From: Pachysolen tannophilus NRRL Y-2460
Lineage: Eukaryota
Reading direction: 5' to 3'
Assembly (NCBI GenBank): GCA_001661245.1
Contig: KV454015.1
Location: 980,924 to 1,044,923, forward strand
Length of the DNA stretch: 64,000 nt
This document shows, piece after piece, positions 54,905-64,000 of this stretch. Each line of letters begins with the position of its first letter. The stretch's first letter is position 1. The notes under the pieces were generated by a model. It saw nothing but the letters and a program-made list of their open reading frames with translations, searched no databases and was not told the origin of the DNA. Both the position numbers and the translations under genes were made by a program.

Positions 54905-57418
54905 CTAAAGTTTCCTCAAGATTCCAACCGATGACTCTGAGGATTCTTTAATGCTCTGGAAAATTCCCTCAATAAAACTTTCTGTGATTTCGAAATCAAT
55001 CTTTGGATTATTAAGAAACCAATTTTTAATCGTAAGCTTCAAATCTTTTGTGACTTCGGATCTCTTGGCTTTAATTAAAACTGAATTATCTCTTAATTTA
55101 TCAATTAATTTTTTATTTAAATCTGAAATTTTCTTGTTCGCTTCCTTGTTAATTTGCTTTTTATAAACTTGTTGGAAAGATTGTATGGATTTAAAAGTAT
55201 CGTAGACGTTTATAAAATTGTGATTTAACCTCCATGTCATTAACGTAGTTGCATTATCAACTGAAAGAAATTGATTCAAAAAATTGTTAATCAATGACTC
55301 TAATTTCAATAAAGAAGATGATTCATTTTGTAAAACAAAAATTGCCAACTCTCTAATAACCCTTAATTGCCATAATTCCACTTCAGTAAAATTATTATTA
55401 ACCTTAAGAGCCTGTTCAATATTTTGTAAGTATATTTGAGAATTATCTTGTTGCTCATCTCCTAAAATCAAAAATTCTTTAGATAACATAGTTCTTAAAT
55501 AAATGCAAGTCTGCAATGGCCCAATTTTAATGACTTTATCAACAACCTCTATGGAATCTAATATAGAGCAATCCCATAATATTTTAAAGTCCCTATTATC
55601 TGATAATTTTTCATCTAAATCTAAGCTCCTTTGTAATTCCTGTGATGAGTCCTTAGAAAGCTTATAGCTTATTCTCAATTTATCAAGAATTGCATTAACA
55701 TTTGTTTGTTTATTATGTTTATTAATTTTGTACATTTCATAGTAATTCAAATATTTTGCCAACGAATTACTAAATCTTAATCCAAACTCTAAGAATCCAT
55801 TTGTTTTGCTGAAAGACTGTTTTTCGTAGGTCTTTTGCAAGAAATACGAAGTTTCAAAATCGCTGTTATCATAAACCAGTTGAGATTTTGTCAAATCCTT
55901 CAAAGCACCAGCCGAAGGTTGTAAAGAACTAATTCTTGTAAATATATAATGTGACAATGTATCCTGTTGGATAAACTTAATTTTCAATGAATCATAATGA
56001 AGTCTAGCAAGAGAGTAACAGTTTAATGCAGAATATAATTGTACCAACCAAAGTCTTAGATGATATTCATGAACGTCTCTTTCCACTGCCTTCTCTAATA
56101 TAACAATACACTTGAAAAGTTCTGAAATTTCATCCTGTTTGGACAATGCAATAATTATTTGAACTCCAATCAATAAAAATTCATCTCCTGCAAAATAGTC
56201 TGTCTTTTCTTTAACATTCAATAAATACTTCGTTGCTTTATAATAAGTCAAATTCTCTTGTAAAAACTCAAAATTGGTTAGTTTATCTTGATGTAAATAA
56301 AATTTAAACTTCATATAATTTACCATTAATATTAAATCATTATCTGTTGGTTTCCTTTGCATTTGTAAAACCTCTTCAATTTTTCTGGAGGAAATTTGCT
56401 TCAGTAAAATGTTCATAAATTTTTCACTTTCTAATATCAACAAAAATGGCTTCAAATCCGGGAAACAGCATAATTTAGTTCCAAATATATCCAAGTAACT
56501 TTCGAAATATCTTTCCAAATGGTCCAACTGTTGATTATGCTTTATGAGCTCTAAATAAGCCAATTGTCTGTTTCTCGATGCTATTGGGAAATTATCAATA
56601 ATTTTCAAGGTTTGATCTAATTTACCAAGATTAGAAGCAGCCTTTATTAAATTACTCCAAACATTCCAATCGTCAATTCGATGTACGTTTAGGAAACTGT
56701 CACAAATATCAAATAGTTCGTTCCAATTTTCCAGATCATTCAATGATTTCAATAAGATCAACTGTAATTCTAAATCTCTTTCCTGGTTTAAAAATTCCTT
56801 GATAACATCTGCGGCTTGTTGGAAATGACCATTTTTCATTAACAAACTAACATAAATATAATATTCTTGGGAATTTTTTAAAGGTTTACAGTCTTCAATC
56901 ATCTTCAACCCCAATTTGGGGAATAAATATTTCTGATTCTTGGTCAACTTTTCTAAACCAGAAGCAATTAACAAATTCAATGAGCACCACAATTTCAAAC
57001 CATTTGTACTGTTATCTCCTTTCTGAACCAACAGCATCGAAGATTTCTGTAAACTCAAAATATCAAAATTTTTCAAACTTAAGTCAAACCATGACTGGAT
57101 AAGATTTAAACTCGAATATTTTTTACATGCATTCTCATATACTTCAATTGATTCATTGTATAACCCAACTTTCTTAAATATTAAATTTAAAAGCTCTAAA
57201 GTACTGAGATCACTAGGAATCTTTGCCATCAATTCTTTTGAATTCCTGATAGCCTCTTCCTTTGATCCATTCAATAATAAAATATAGTTATTTAATGCAT
57301 AATAGTAGCTACTATTGGGATACCTTTTCATCTGCTTTGAGCATAACAGTTGAGCAGATTTATAAGAGCCAGCATCAATGGCATTAAATATCAACTCATT
57401 ATTCCGGTTATCAGACAT
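54905..57418 (-). CDS. MDM20: NatB auxiliary subunit Mdm20 (Naa25)
   Basis: TPR-like N-terminus, FGTKLCCFPDL, LRLWLVQLY, LKIKFIQQDTLSH and DNRDF. Confidence 0.88.
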   Translation of the reverse strand: MSDNRNNELIFNAIDAGSYKSAQLLCSKQMKRYPNSSYYYALNNYILLLNGSKEEAIRNSKELMAKIPSDLSTLELLNLIFKKVGLYNESIEVYENACKKYSSLNLIQSWFDLSLKNFDILSLQKSSMLLVQKGDNSTNGLKLWCSLNLLIASGLEKLTKNQKYLFPKLGLKMIEDCKPLKNSQEYYIYVSLLMKNGHFQQAADVIKEFLNQERDLELQLILLKSLNDLENWNELFDICDSFLNVHRIDDWNVWSNLIKAASNLGKLDQTLKIIDNFPIASRNRQLAYLELIKHNQQLDHLERYFESYLDIFGTKLCCFPDLKPFLLILESEKFMNILLKQISSRKIEEVLQMQRKPTDNDLILMVNYMKFKFYLHQDKLTNFEFLQENLTYYKATKYLLNVKEKTDYFAGDEFLLIGVQIIIALSKQDEISELFKCIVILEKAVERDVHEYHLRLWLVQLYSALNCYSLARLHYDSLKIKFIQQDTLSHYIFTRISSLQPSAGALKDLTKSQLVYDNSDFETSYFLQKTYEKQSFSKTNGFLEFGLRFSNSLAKYLNYYEMYKINKHNKQTNVNAILDKLRISYKLSKDSSQELQRSLDLDEKLSDNRDFKILWDCSILDSIEVVDKVIKIGPLQTCIYLRTMLSKEFLILGDEQQDNSQIYLQNIEQALKVNNNFTEVELWQLRVIRELAIFVLQNESSSLLKLESLINNFLNQFLSVDNATTLMTWRLNHNFINVYDTFKSIQSFQQVYKKQINKEANKKISDLNKKLIDKLRDNSVLIKAKRSEVTKDLKLTIKNWFLNNPKIDFEITESFIEGIFQSIKESSESSVGILRKL

Positions 57419-57606
57419 CTCACGAAGTCTTCTACTATTAAAAATTGAACAATAATTTATAATTCTTCTCTACAAGCAAGTTCTTTTCTCCTCTAATTTT
57501 TCGGTATCAAATTTTTTTTTGTTTAATTTTTCGTTTATTAAAAGTGAAAAAAAAAAAAATTTCCAAAATGGTAAAACAGAAATATTTCAGACAAAACTAT
57601 ATGAGT

Positions 57607-59274
57607 TCAAACACCAAAAGTGTAATCACCATTGATCCATCTGTTGACCATATCTAACGAGTTTTCTGGTTGGTCATGTGGAACCATATGACCAGCATCA
57701 AAGACTCTTAAAAAGGTGAAATTGCCGTATGATTTGACTTCACCTGCAAAGGTATTGTTATCTAAAGTATACCATGGTTGTAAACTCTTTGCAAGGTATT
57801 CATCATGACCAGACCACTCGAGAGCATCAGACCAAGCATGGTTTCCTAACCAGTTGCAAATGTAGTCTTTGTCACCTGCATAGAGCAAAACAGGAACATT
57901 TTTCTCTAATATTTCAGCAACATATCCTTGGAATGGTTTCATCTCATCACCTGTGAGAAAGAAATCCCTAAAAACAGATTCATCACAACTTACATATTTT
58001 TCAACTTCTGCACCTAATGCCTCCATGACTTCTGGTTTATTTAAAAACTGAGTAGAATAATCCATATCCAGGTAACATCCATCACTATTTTCATCGCATT
58101 TCTTTCTAATATCGTAAACGTTTAATCCAGTCTTGTCATAGGGACTCATGATTTTACTCTCGCAATAAATATTTGCAGGTACACATGCAAAGACACTCTC
58201 AGTATTATAACAAGATTGAATCAACCGTGCACATCTTGGGTAAACTTCTTCTAAGTTTTCACAATCTTCATCAGAAATAACTTGTTTATAACCGCCTTCA
58301 CCACAAGCCATAGGTTGATAATATTTATACTGTATTAAACTATCAGTTATACCATTTCCAATTAATACAGAGCTTAATTGGAAACTTCTATCAGCATGGT
58401 TGATAATCTCCGAAGCTATACCAGGAATGTAATGGCCTGCATAAGATTCACCAGCGATGTGAAACTTATTATTTAAAAATTCAGGAAATTTTTGGAAAAA
58501 TAACTCTAAAAATACATAAACATCTCTAGATGCTGCTGTAGTCGTACCTATCTTTGATGAACCAGAACCAGCATAAGAATATCCAACTCCAACTGGTTGT
58601 TCTAAGAAAATAACTGAAGCGTTAGAATTCCATGAATAAGGATTAAATTGAGGCTTAATTTCTGCATCAATAGTTGAAGAACCCAATTCAAAGAACAAAC
58701 CAGTCATACTACTACAACCTGGGCCACCATTTAACCATAAGATTAATGGGTCATTCTTAGGGTCATTTCTAGATTCAAAAAACCAATAAAAGAAATGCTT
58801 ATCTTGATCCTTAATATCTAAATAACCCGAGTATTGCTCAACGGTATCAATACCTAAAATTTCAGGCTTGGCTTTCTTAACTCTTAAAGTATAATTTTCA
58901 AATAATTCACTTTTCTTGTTGTTAACAAACTCCCACAAGGTTTTGGCCCTGTTTTCACTAAATTTACTTAAATTTGGTTTTTGAACAGCACTAACATAAT
59001 TCTTTGAATAATTATCAATTACATTTTTAATCTTTTCGTGAGAAACAGTTAATTCCATTTCTTTCCAAGTTTCTAATATTTCATCATTCAATTCATGATA
59101 ATTGCCACCATAAAGTTCACTAGCTCTTTCTAACAAGGATGAAGAATAAGGTTTAACGCTATCAAAGTTTAATAATTGTTGAACTCTATCATTTAAATTA
59201 TCTAAAAACAGTGAAGAAACAGAGCAAGTAACAACCAAAGATGTTCCCAATAAGGTCAAGGTATTAAACTTCAT
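57607..59274 (-). CDS. Serine carboxypeptidase Y-like (S10), Prc1/Atg42(YBR139W) type
   Basis: Signal peptide; [25 protein letters not shown] and AGHMVP. Proximity to RPB5/RIB7/MRPS9 favours the YBR139W/ATG42 lineage. Confidence 0.93.
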   Translation of the reverse strand: MKFNTLTLLGTSLVVTCSVSSLFLDNLNDRVQQLLNFDSVKPYSSSLLERASELYGGNYHELNDEILETWKEMELTVSHEKIKNVIDNYSKNYVSAVQKPNLSKFSENRAKTLWEFVNNKKSELFENYTLRVKKAKPEILGIDTVEQYSGYLDIKDQDKHFFYWFFESRNDPKNDPLILWLNGGPGCSSMTGLFFELGSSTIDAEIKPQFNPYSWNSNASVIFLEQPVGVGYSYAGSGSSKIGTTTAASRDVYVFLELFFQKFPEFLNNKFHIAGESYAGHYIPGIASEIINHADRSFQLSSVLIGNGITDSLIQYKYYQPMACGEGGYKQVISDEDCENLEEVYPRCARLIQSCYNTESVFACVPANIYCESKIMSPYDKTGLNVYDIRKKCDENSDGCYLDMDYSTQFLNKPEVMEALGAEVEKYVSCDESVFRDFFLTGDEMKPFQGYVAEILEKNVPVLLYAGDKDYICNWLGNHAWSDALEWSGHDEYLAKSLQPWYTLDNNTFAGEVKSYGNFTFLRVFDAGHMVPHDQPENSLDMVNRWINGDYTFGV

Positions 59275-59448
59275 GTTGAAATCGACTCAATTTGTTATTT
59301 GAATTATTAATAACTCATCTAATTCGTATATATAAATAACAGATGATAAATTTGTTTAACGGTTTTACCGATAAGCCAGCCAGATTGGATATTGCAGAGT
59401 TACCGCAAAATGTCTAACAATTTCCTAAAAGGGAAAATGGTACATCTT

Positions 59449-59558
59449 ACACCATTTACACTATTTGCACCATACACACCACACACACCACATACACCAC
59501 ATACACCACATACACCACTTCCTGCACCACATGCACCATCTTTACACTTCCTACACCA
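59449..59558 (-). repeat. Degenerate 9-bp minisatellite (TGGTGTnnn on the minus strand), about 11 units
   Basis: acacca/gcacca cores spaced every 9 bp, e.g. (acaccacat)x3 at 59485-59511. Confidence 0.85.
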
Positions 59559-60121
59559 TTTGTAACATGTACTTTGAATCAAATTCTATATCTCTTTAAA
59601 TTCAATTTTAATCTCTACATGTTACTAAATCAGAAAAAAAAAGTTTCGTATCATCTATATTTCTCAGGAGATTTCAAGTTTCTTTTTTTTATCTACTTTC
59701 TGTGAATGATATTGACTGACTTTAGAATGAACTTTAAAGTAGAAACTAAAGTAGAAATAGTTTTCTTCACATAAGGCTTGCTCATCTCATTATCACCATT
59801 AACTTCTTTACATATTTCTCTAGAAAGCCCAATGTTAAAGCAATAGCAGTTCAAGGAAAAGTTTCCACTTTTATTCAACAGAGAATCAATGACATATTTC
59901 AACATCGTACCTTCTGTAACTAATGTCGTTGCACTTTGAAGCGATAAAAGTAGTTATTTAAGGATCAAAATATTCAAGCTATGTTTATTATATATCAAAT
60001 TCTTTTCTCTACGCGATCACTTTAAACGCTATAGTTTTAAACGATATAAATATATATATATATATAGATATATAGATATATATAAGTATATGTATATATA
60101 TGTATGGTATAGCTTGAGATC

Positions 60122-60952
60122 ATGCTGCAGACTGATTATGAGAATGGAACAGTAACACTAAACAAATTGGAGAAAATATTGGAACCCTACCGGTTATTAA
60201 TAACTGGTAATTCATCAAATAAATCGAGTAAACTTTTAACGCCAAAACACGCTTCACAGTTAAATCTAACAATTATAGAATTGTTGATGGATAGACCATG
60301 TGATAAAGATTCTTTGAAATATTTGAGCAGGTTTTTAACTCCAGAAATTTATAATGAAATAGTGAATGAAAGAATTATAAATCATTTTTGTGGATGGCCA
60401 TTGTGTGATAAATATGATCCAGTAAAGATAAAACCAAACTTGAATAAGATTAAAAATAATTTGAAGTTCTTGTCAGGGTATTTCAAGTCTTCTTACTGTT
60501 GTAAATCACATTGTCAGTTTAGTGAATTTTATTTGAAGCAGTTATCAGACGAAGCATTATTTTTGAGGTTGAATCTATTTGAATATCCTTTTAATCATCC
60601 AAGATCATTTGAACGAAATTTAATTATATTGGAAGATTTTTTAAATGAATTAAAGAAAGCTGAAAATAAAGATAAGATGTTGGTGGATATTATAGAAGAA
60701 ATGAATAATTTGAACATAGATGACAAGCGATATCCTGTAAGAGATGAATCAAGGGAAGCAGAATTGGTGGAATTATTACAGAATATTCAAATTATTGAGA
60801 AAACAGATCAAGAAATACGAGTTATAAATGAAGAAAATAACACAAAATTAGACGATGAATATGTAAACCTAAATAATGCTACTCATAATGATAATGTGGA
60901 GATAACAGATGAAATAAGGGCAAAAAACATTGAAGGTTATATAACTAAATAG
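60122..60952 (+). CDS. RTR1: RNA Pol II CTD phosphatase Rtr1/RPAP2
   Basis: YNEIVNER...CGWPLC and YCCKSH...S Zn-binding motif; adjacent to RRG1 and near RPS13 like RTR2 in S. cerevisiae. Confidence 0.85.
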   Translation: MLQTDYENGTVTLNKLEKILEPYRLLITGNSSNKSSKLLTPKHASQLNLTIIELLMDRPCDKDSLKYLSRFLTPEIYNEIVNERIINHFCGWPLCDKYDPVKIKPNLNKIKNNLKFLSGYFKSSYCCKSHCQFSEFYLKQLSDEALFLRLNLFEYPFNHPRSFERNLIILEDFLNELKKAENKDKMLVDIIEEMNNLNIDDKRYPVRDESREAELVELLQNIQIIEKTDQEIRVINEENNTKLDDEYVNLNNATHNDNVEITDEIRAKNIEGYITK

Positions 60953-61055
60953 CTGTATCAACTACAATAAATTCTTACACGTGAATAATAAAATATATGC
61001 ATATACAAGCCAATTATTTTTAGATTAAGACATTAAAATCTCTTCATATAAATAA

Positions 61056-62312
61056 TTATATACTTTTAAGCTCTAAAGAGGTCTTTCCTTGATCATTACT
61101 ATCATCACCGATTTCCCAACAAAATTCTTTCTCGTCTAATTCATCTTCAAAGTTGATATTATCCAAGATTTTACTTATTTCATTATCAAAGCCAAATTTG
61201 GACATAATTTTGCTCAAATGATATTCTTTATTAAAATTATTAAACACATTTGTCTTAAGAATTGAGTCATTATTTTGGTCTATAAATTCTACTAGTTTTG
61301 CAAAATTTTCTTTTTTCAAACGATGATATTCGTTAACCTCTATTTGAACTTTATCCTTCAATAAGATCATTAATTTATTATGATTGTTTATTTCTTCTAA
61401 ATTCTTGGCGCTTTCTTTATAGAAAAATGAGGGAAAAGGTTCCAAAAAATCTGTAAATTTAATTTTACTGTAATTTTCTTCTTCCTCAGAAAAACTTTTG
61501 AAATCATTTCTTCTTAAAGTTTCTTCCCATATATCTTCCCATTGGTAATAATTAAAAAATTCTATTTTAAATTTTTCAGTTGCTTGAATACTTTCAACTA
61601 TTTGCATGTGCTTTTGAACTTTTTTATGAATAAATTTCCCAGAATCTTTACCAACCATCCCCCAAGGAGCTTTCAAAGTTATTATTGGGGTTGATACTGA
61701 TCTACTCGAAATAACTTTAATTTCATATGGTTTTGAATTTTCGCCAAACAATTTTTCAAATCTGTTAAAAATTTTTGAAGTCTTCAATGCCAAGGTTTTC
61801 AAAACTAATATTTTAGAGATATAAGTATCATCTAATTTTGATTTTTTGGGGATTTTTAGGTCCAATTTCAACTGATTTAAGTAATTGTCTAAATAAGATT
61901 TCAACTTTTGATGACTTTTAAATTTTAGATCCAAATCTTTTGAATCTTTCATATAATTTGGATTCAGTTCATTTATACTTGGCCTCTTCTTAACGTTAAT
62001 AATATCTTTTCTATCTTGATAAATTTTATGATATTTCTTCATCACTTCAGAAATTCTGCTATAACTCAGATCCTTGTCAAGTTCAGTATGATATTCAAAT
62101 AACAATTTTTCAAAATCATAACAGTTTCTTAAATTATCATATATATGAAAGCTCGATTTCAAATTTCTATTCGCTTTAAACTCTTTCCTTACAATGTATA
62201 AAATTTCTTCATTTATAGTTGAAGGTAAGTGAATTGAATGTCGTAAAAGGGTTCTGTATAATACCAATACCGCTGCCTTATGCATCAGGCTCTCTCGAAG
62301 AGGTAAAACCAT
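61056..62312 (-). CDS. RRG1: Required-for-respiratory-growth protein Rrg1-like (N-terminal LYR-like motif)
   Basis: HKAAVLVLYRTLLR...IVRKEFK; position between the RTR homolog and RPS13 matches YDR065W. Confidence 0.6.
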   Translation of the reverse strand: MVLPLRESLMHKAAVLVLYRTLLRHSIHLPSTINEEILYIVRKEFKANRNLKSSFHIYDNLRNCYDFEKLLFEYHTELDKDLSYSRISEVMKKYHKIYQDRKDIINVKKRPSINELNPNYMKDSKDLDLKFKSHQKLKSYLDNYLNQLKLDLKIPKKSKLDDTYISKILVLKTLALKTSKIFNRFEKLFGENSKPYEIKVISSRSVSTPIITLKAPWGMVGKDSGKFIHKKVQKHMQIVESIQATEKFKIEFFNYYQWEDIWEETLRRNDFKSFSEEEENYSKIKFTDFLEPFPSFFYKESAKNLEEINNHNKLMILLKDKVQIEVNEYHRLKKENFAKLVEFIDQNNDSILKTNVFNNFNKEYHLSKIMSKFGFDNEISKILDNINFEDELDEKEFCWEIGDDSNDQGKTSLELKSI

Positions 62313-62656
62313 TCTATGTTTCTCTCAGGCACATCATTCATATAAGTATCTAAATGAACACAAGCACCATCCATTTAAACCGCAAGAAGTTTCGTCTATC
62401 TAATTTACTACTGCTGCTGTAGTAAATGAGCTTGAAAAAAAATCGATCTTCTCCAAAAAGCCAAATTTTTCTCCGCTTCTTCTCTTTAGTTTTCCGTTAC
62501 GGAGAAGCAAGTAGAAGTTTTATTGATAAGTCGGAGAAGATTGTTTTTTTGTGAGGAAGTTCTTAGTGTCTTCTTCACCTATAAACAAAGTTATAGTTAT
62601 AGATAATTTGTAAACTTGTTGCTCAGTTAATGATTTAAAGACTGTATATCAGAAAA

Positions 62657-63282
62657 ATGGTGAGTGATTATTTTTTCATTGTTTAAAATATTGGGTAGGA
62701 ATTATACTAATAACTAATTGTGTTGTAATTTAGTCGCCTCAAATACCTTCAAAGAGTATTCCTTTGACATTAAAGTTGAAGAATAATTCATATACTTTTT
62801 TCTTATTGTCAAGCATAAATGATACCATCAAAGATTTGAAAATACAATTGGCGGAGATGGTTAATGAATCTGGAGGGTATATAAGAGATTCAAAACCTGA
62901 GATTATGAGCGATGGTATAAGTAAAGGACGGGATACAGAAGATGGTGTGGATGATGAAATAGAGATTCCCAAACCTTCGTTTGATCTTGCCTCATCTGAT
63001 GAAGAAGTAGAGGAAGGAGATGAAGACGTTAAGATGAATGAAGATGAAAGCTCTACTAAAGATATTAAGAAAGGAGTTAGAGTAAAACCTGAAGATTTAA
63101 AAATTGCAATTTCGAAAAACAAATCAAATTTTTATGATTATAAGAGTATTTTAATTTTGGACAACGATAAGGAAATATTAAATAATGTTGAAAATATTCA
63201 AGAAAATGGAATATTATTTTTCGGTTTACAAGATGAAGAAATTGTAGTTGTTGAACCGTTTGATGATAGAGATCAAACTTAA
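62657..63282 (+). CDS. Uncharacterised acidic protein, possibly ubiquitin-like; exons 62657-62659 (ATG only) and 62734-63282 (183 aa)
   Basis: aaaaATG followed by a GTGAGT donor, TACTAAT at 62705-62711 and TAG at 62731-62733; exon 2 is in frame with the track ORF. Confidence 0.75.
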
Positions 63283-63376
63283 TTTTGTAAAAATCTAGTG
63301 TTAGAGAAAAAAATCATTTTTTATTGTTATTACCAATATATATATAAAAAAAAACATAAAAAGCACATTTAGCAAC

Positions 63377-63811
63377 TTAGTTAACCAAAGCTGAAGCAGT
63401 TGCAGATTCGTACTTCCAGTTTGGAGGTAAAACTGAAACAGTTCTGTAGTATCTAGCTAATCTGTGGATTCTTGATTCGATTAAAATTAATCTGAATTTA
63501 GAATCTTTGTCTTTTCTATTTCTGTCTAAATGTTTTCTAACAGAGACAGCTTTCTTGATTAAGTAGTATAAATCTTCTGGAATTTCTGGAGCTAAACCAT
63601 TTGACTTTAAGATTCTTAAAATCTTGTTACCAGTGATAACTTTAGCTTGAGTAACACCGTGAGAATCTCTTAATTGAACACCAATTTGAGAAGGAGTTAA
63701 ACCTTTTCTAGCGTATTTGATGATTTGTTCAACAACAGCTTCTTGGGACAATTTGAACCAAGCTGGAGCATTTCTTGAATATGGAATGGCACTCGATGAG
63801 ATACCTTTACC
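63377..63811 (-). CDS. RPS13: 40S ribosomal protein uS15/S13, exon 2 (exon 1 is outside the window)
   Basis: CAG acceptor at 63814-63812, TACTAAC at 63840-63834; [20 protein letters not shown]...[13 protein letters not shown]. Confidence 0.97.
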   Translation of the reverse strand, partial: GKGISSSAIPYSRNAPAWFKLSQEAVVEQIIKYARKGLTPSQIGVQLRDSHGVTQAKVITGNKILRILKSNGLAPEIPEDLYYLIKKAVSVRKHLDRNRKDKDSKFRLILIESRIHRLARYYRTVSVLPPNWKYESATASALVN

Positions 63812-64000
63812 CTGTAATAAAAAAAAAATAAAAGTTAGTAAACTTATTTTAAAAATGAAAAACCTACTTGAATATAAATATATTACCTATAGAGTAAAGC
63901 TTAGCAATTTGGAAACAACCATTTTCGCAACAACAACAACAGCAAAAAAGGTTGTTGAACTCATTACTGAGTCAGCTCCCTGCCAAGTCAATATCTTGCA

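Noticed and set aside
59400..59582. Gly-Val-Cys repeat ORF resembling a metallothionein
   Set aside because: It is the translation of the 9-bp minisatellite and starts at a non-ATG codon; no independent support
59693..59905. 70-aa ATG ORF between the carboxypeptidase and RTR1
   Set aside because: No motif or family recognised; it could be a small gene or relic but cannot be supported from sequence alone
1..64000. CUG=Ser (Candida-type) code as the explanation for odd CTG positions
   Set aside because: The informative columns (Pho85 QALxHPWF, Mep VYAxMNT, KTR WRSEAY and EKAA) are Ala rather than Ser
1..64000. Transposons/LTRs, rRNA, tRNA, point centromere
   Set aside because: No gag/pol or transposase ORF, terminal repeats, RNA gene signatures or CDEI-II-III arrangement recognised by eye; a covariance-model scan was not possible

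Overview
This is a 64 kb gene-dense, very AT-rich segment of a budding-yeast (Saccharomycotina) nuclear chromosome with two assembly gaps (32519-33205, 49553-49854). About 34 protein-coding genes can be supported. Recognisable ones are ARG1, two KRE2/KTR mannosyltransferases, PHO85, TRM44, NOP4, GWT1, CHL4, OCA2, a MEP1/3-type permease, RMD5, BRO1, RHO3, VPS66, a PalC/RIM23 homolog, GDI1, MTR4, DUF1, RPB5, RIB7, MHF1, MRPS9, MDM20, a CPY-like protease, RTR1, RRG1 and RPS13. Six genes have spliceosomal introns and are broken or truncated in the ORF track. In-frame CTG codons repeatedly fall at conserved alanine positions, including reciprocally between the two KTR paralogs, so the organism most likely uses the CUG=Ala code (table 26; Pachysolen/Nakazawaea/Peterozyma-type yeast), and the supplied translations would be wrong at CTG. 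The best candidate for an undescribed system is a divergent Seo1/Fen2-like permease plus 2OG-Fe(II) dioxygenase pair. Its shared promoter carries Met31/32-type sites and the enzyme is almost free of Met and Cys, suggesting a sulfur-scavenging module. Other leads are a GC-rich structured island at about 27.2-27.7 kb, a dispersed 9-bp TGGTGT minisatellite, and a structured RPS13 intron. No tRNA, rRNA, transposon or CRISPR was recognised. Gene names come from recalled motifs and gene order, not database searches.
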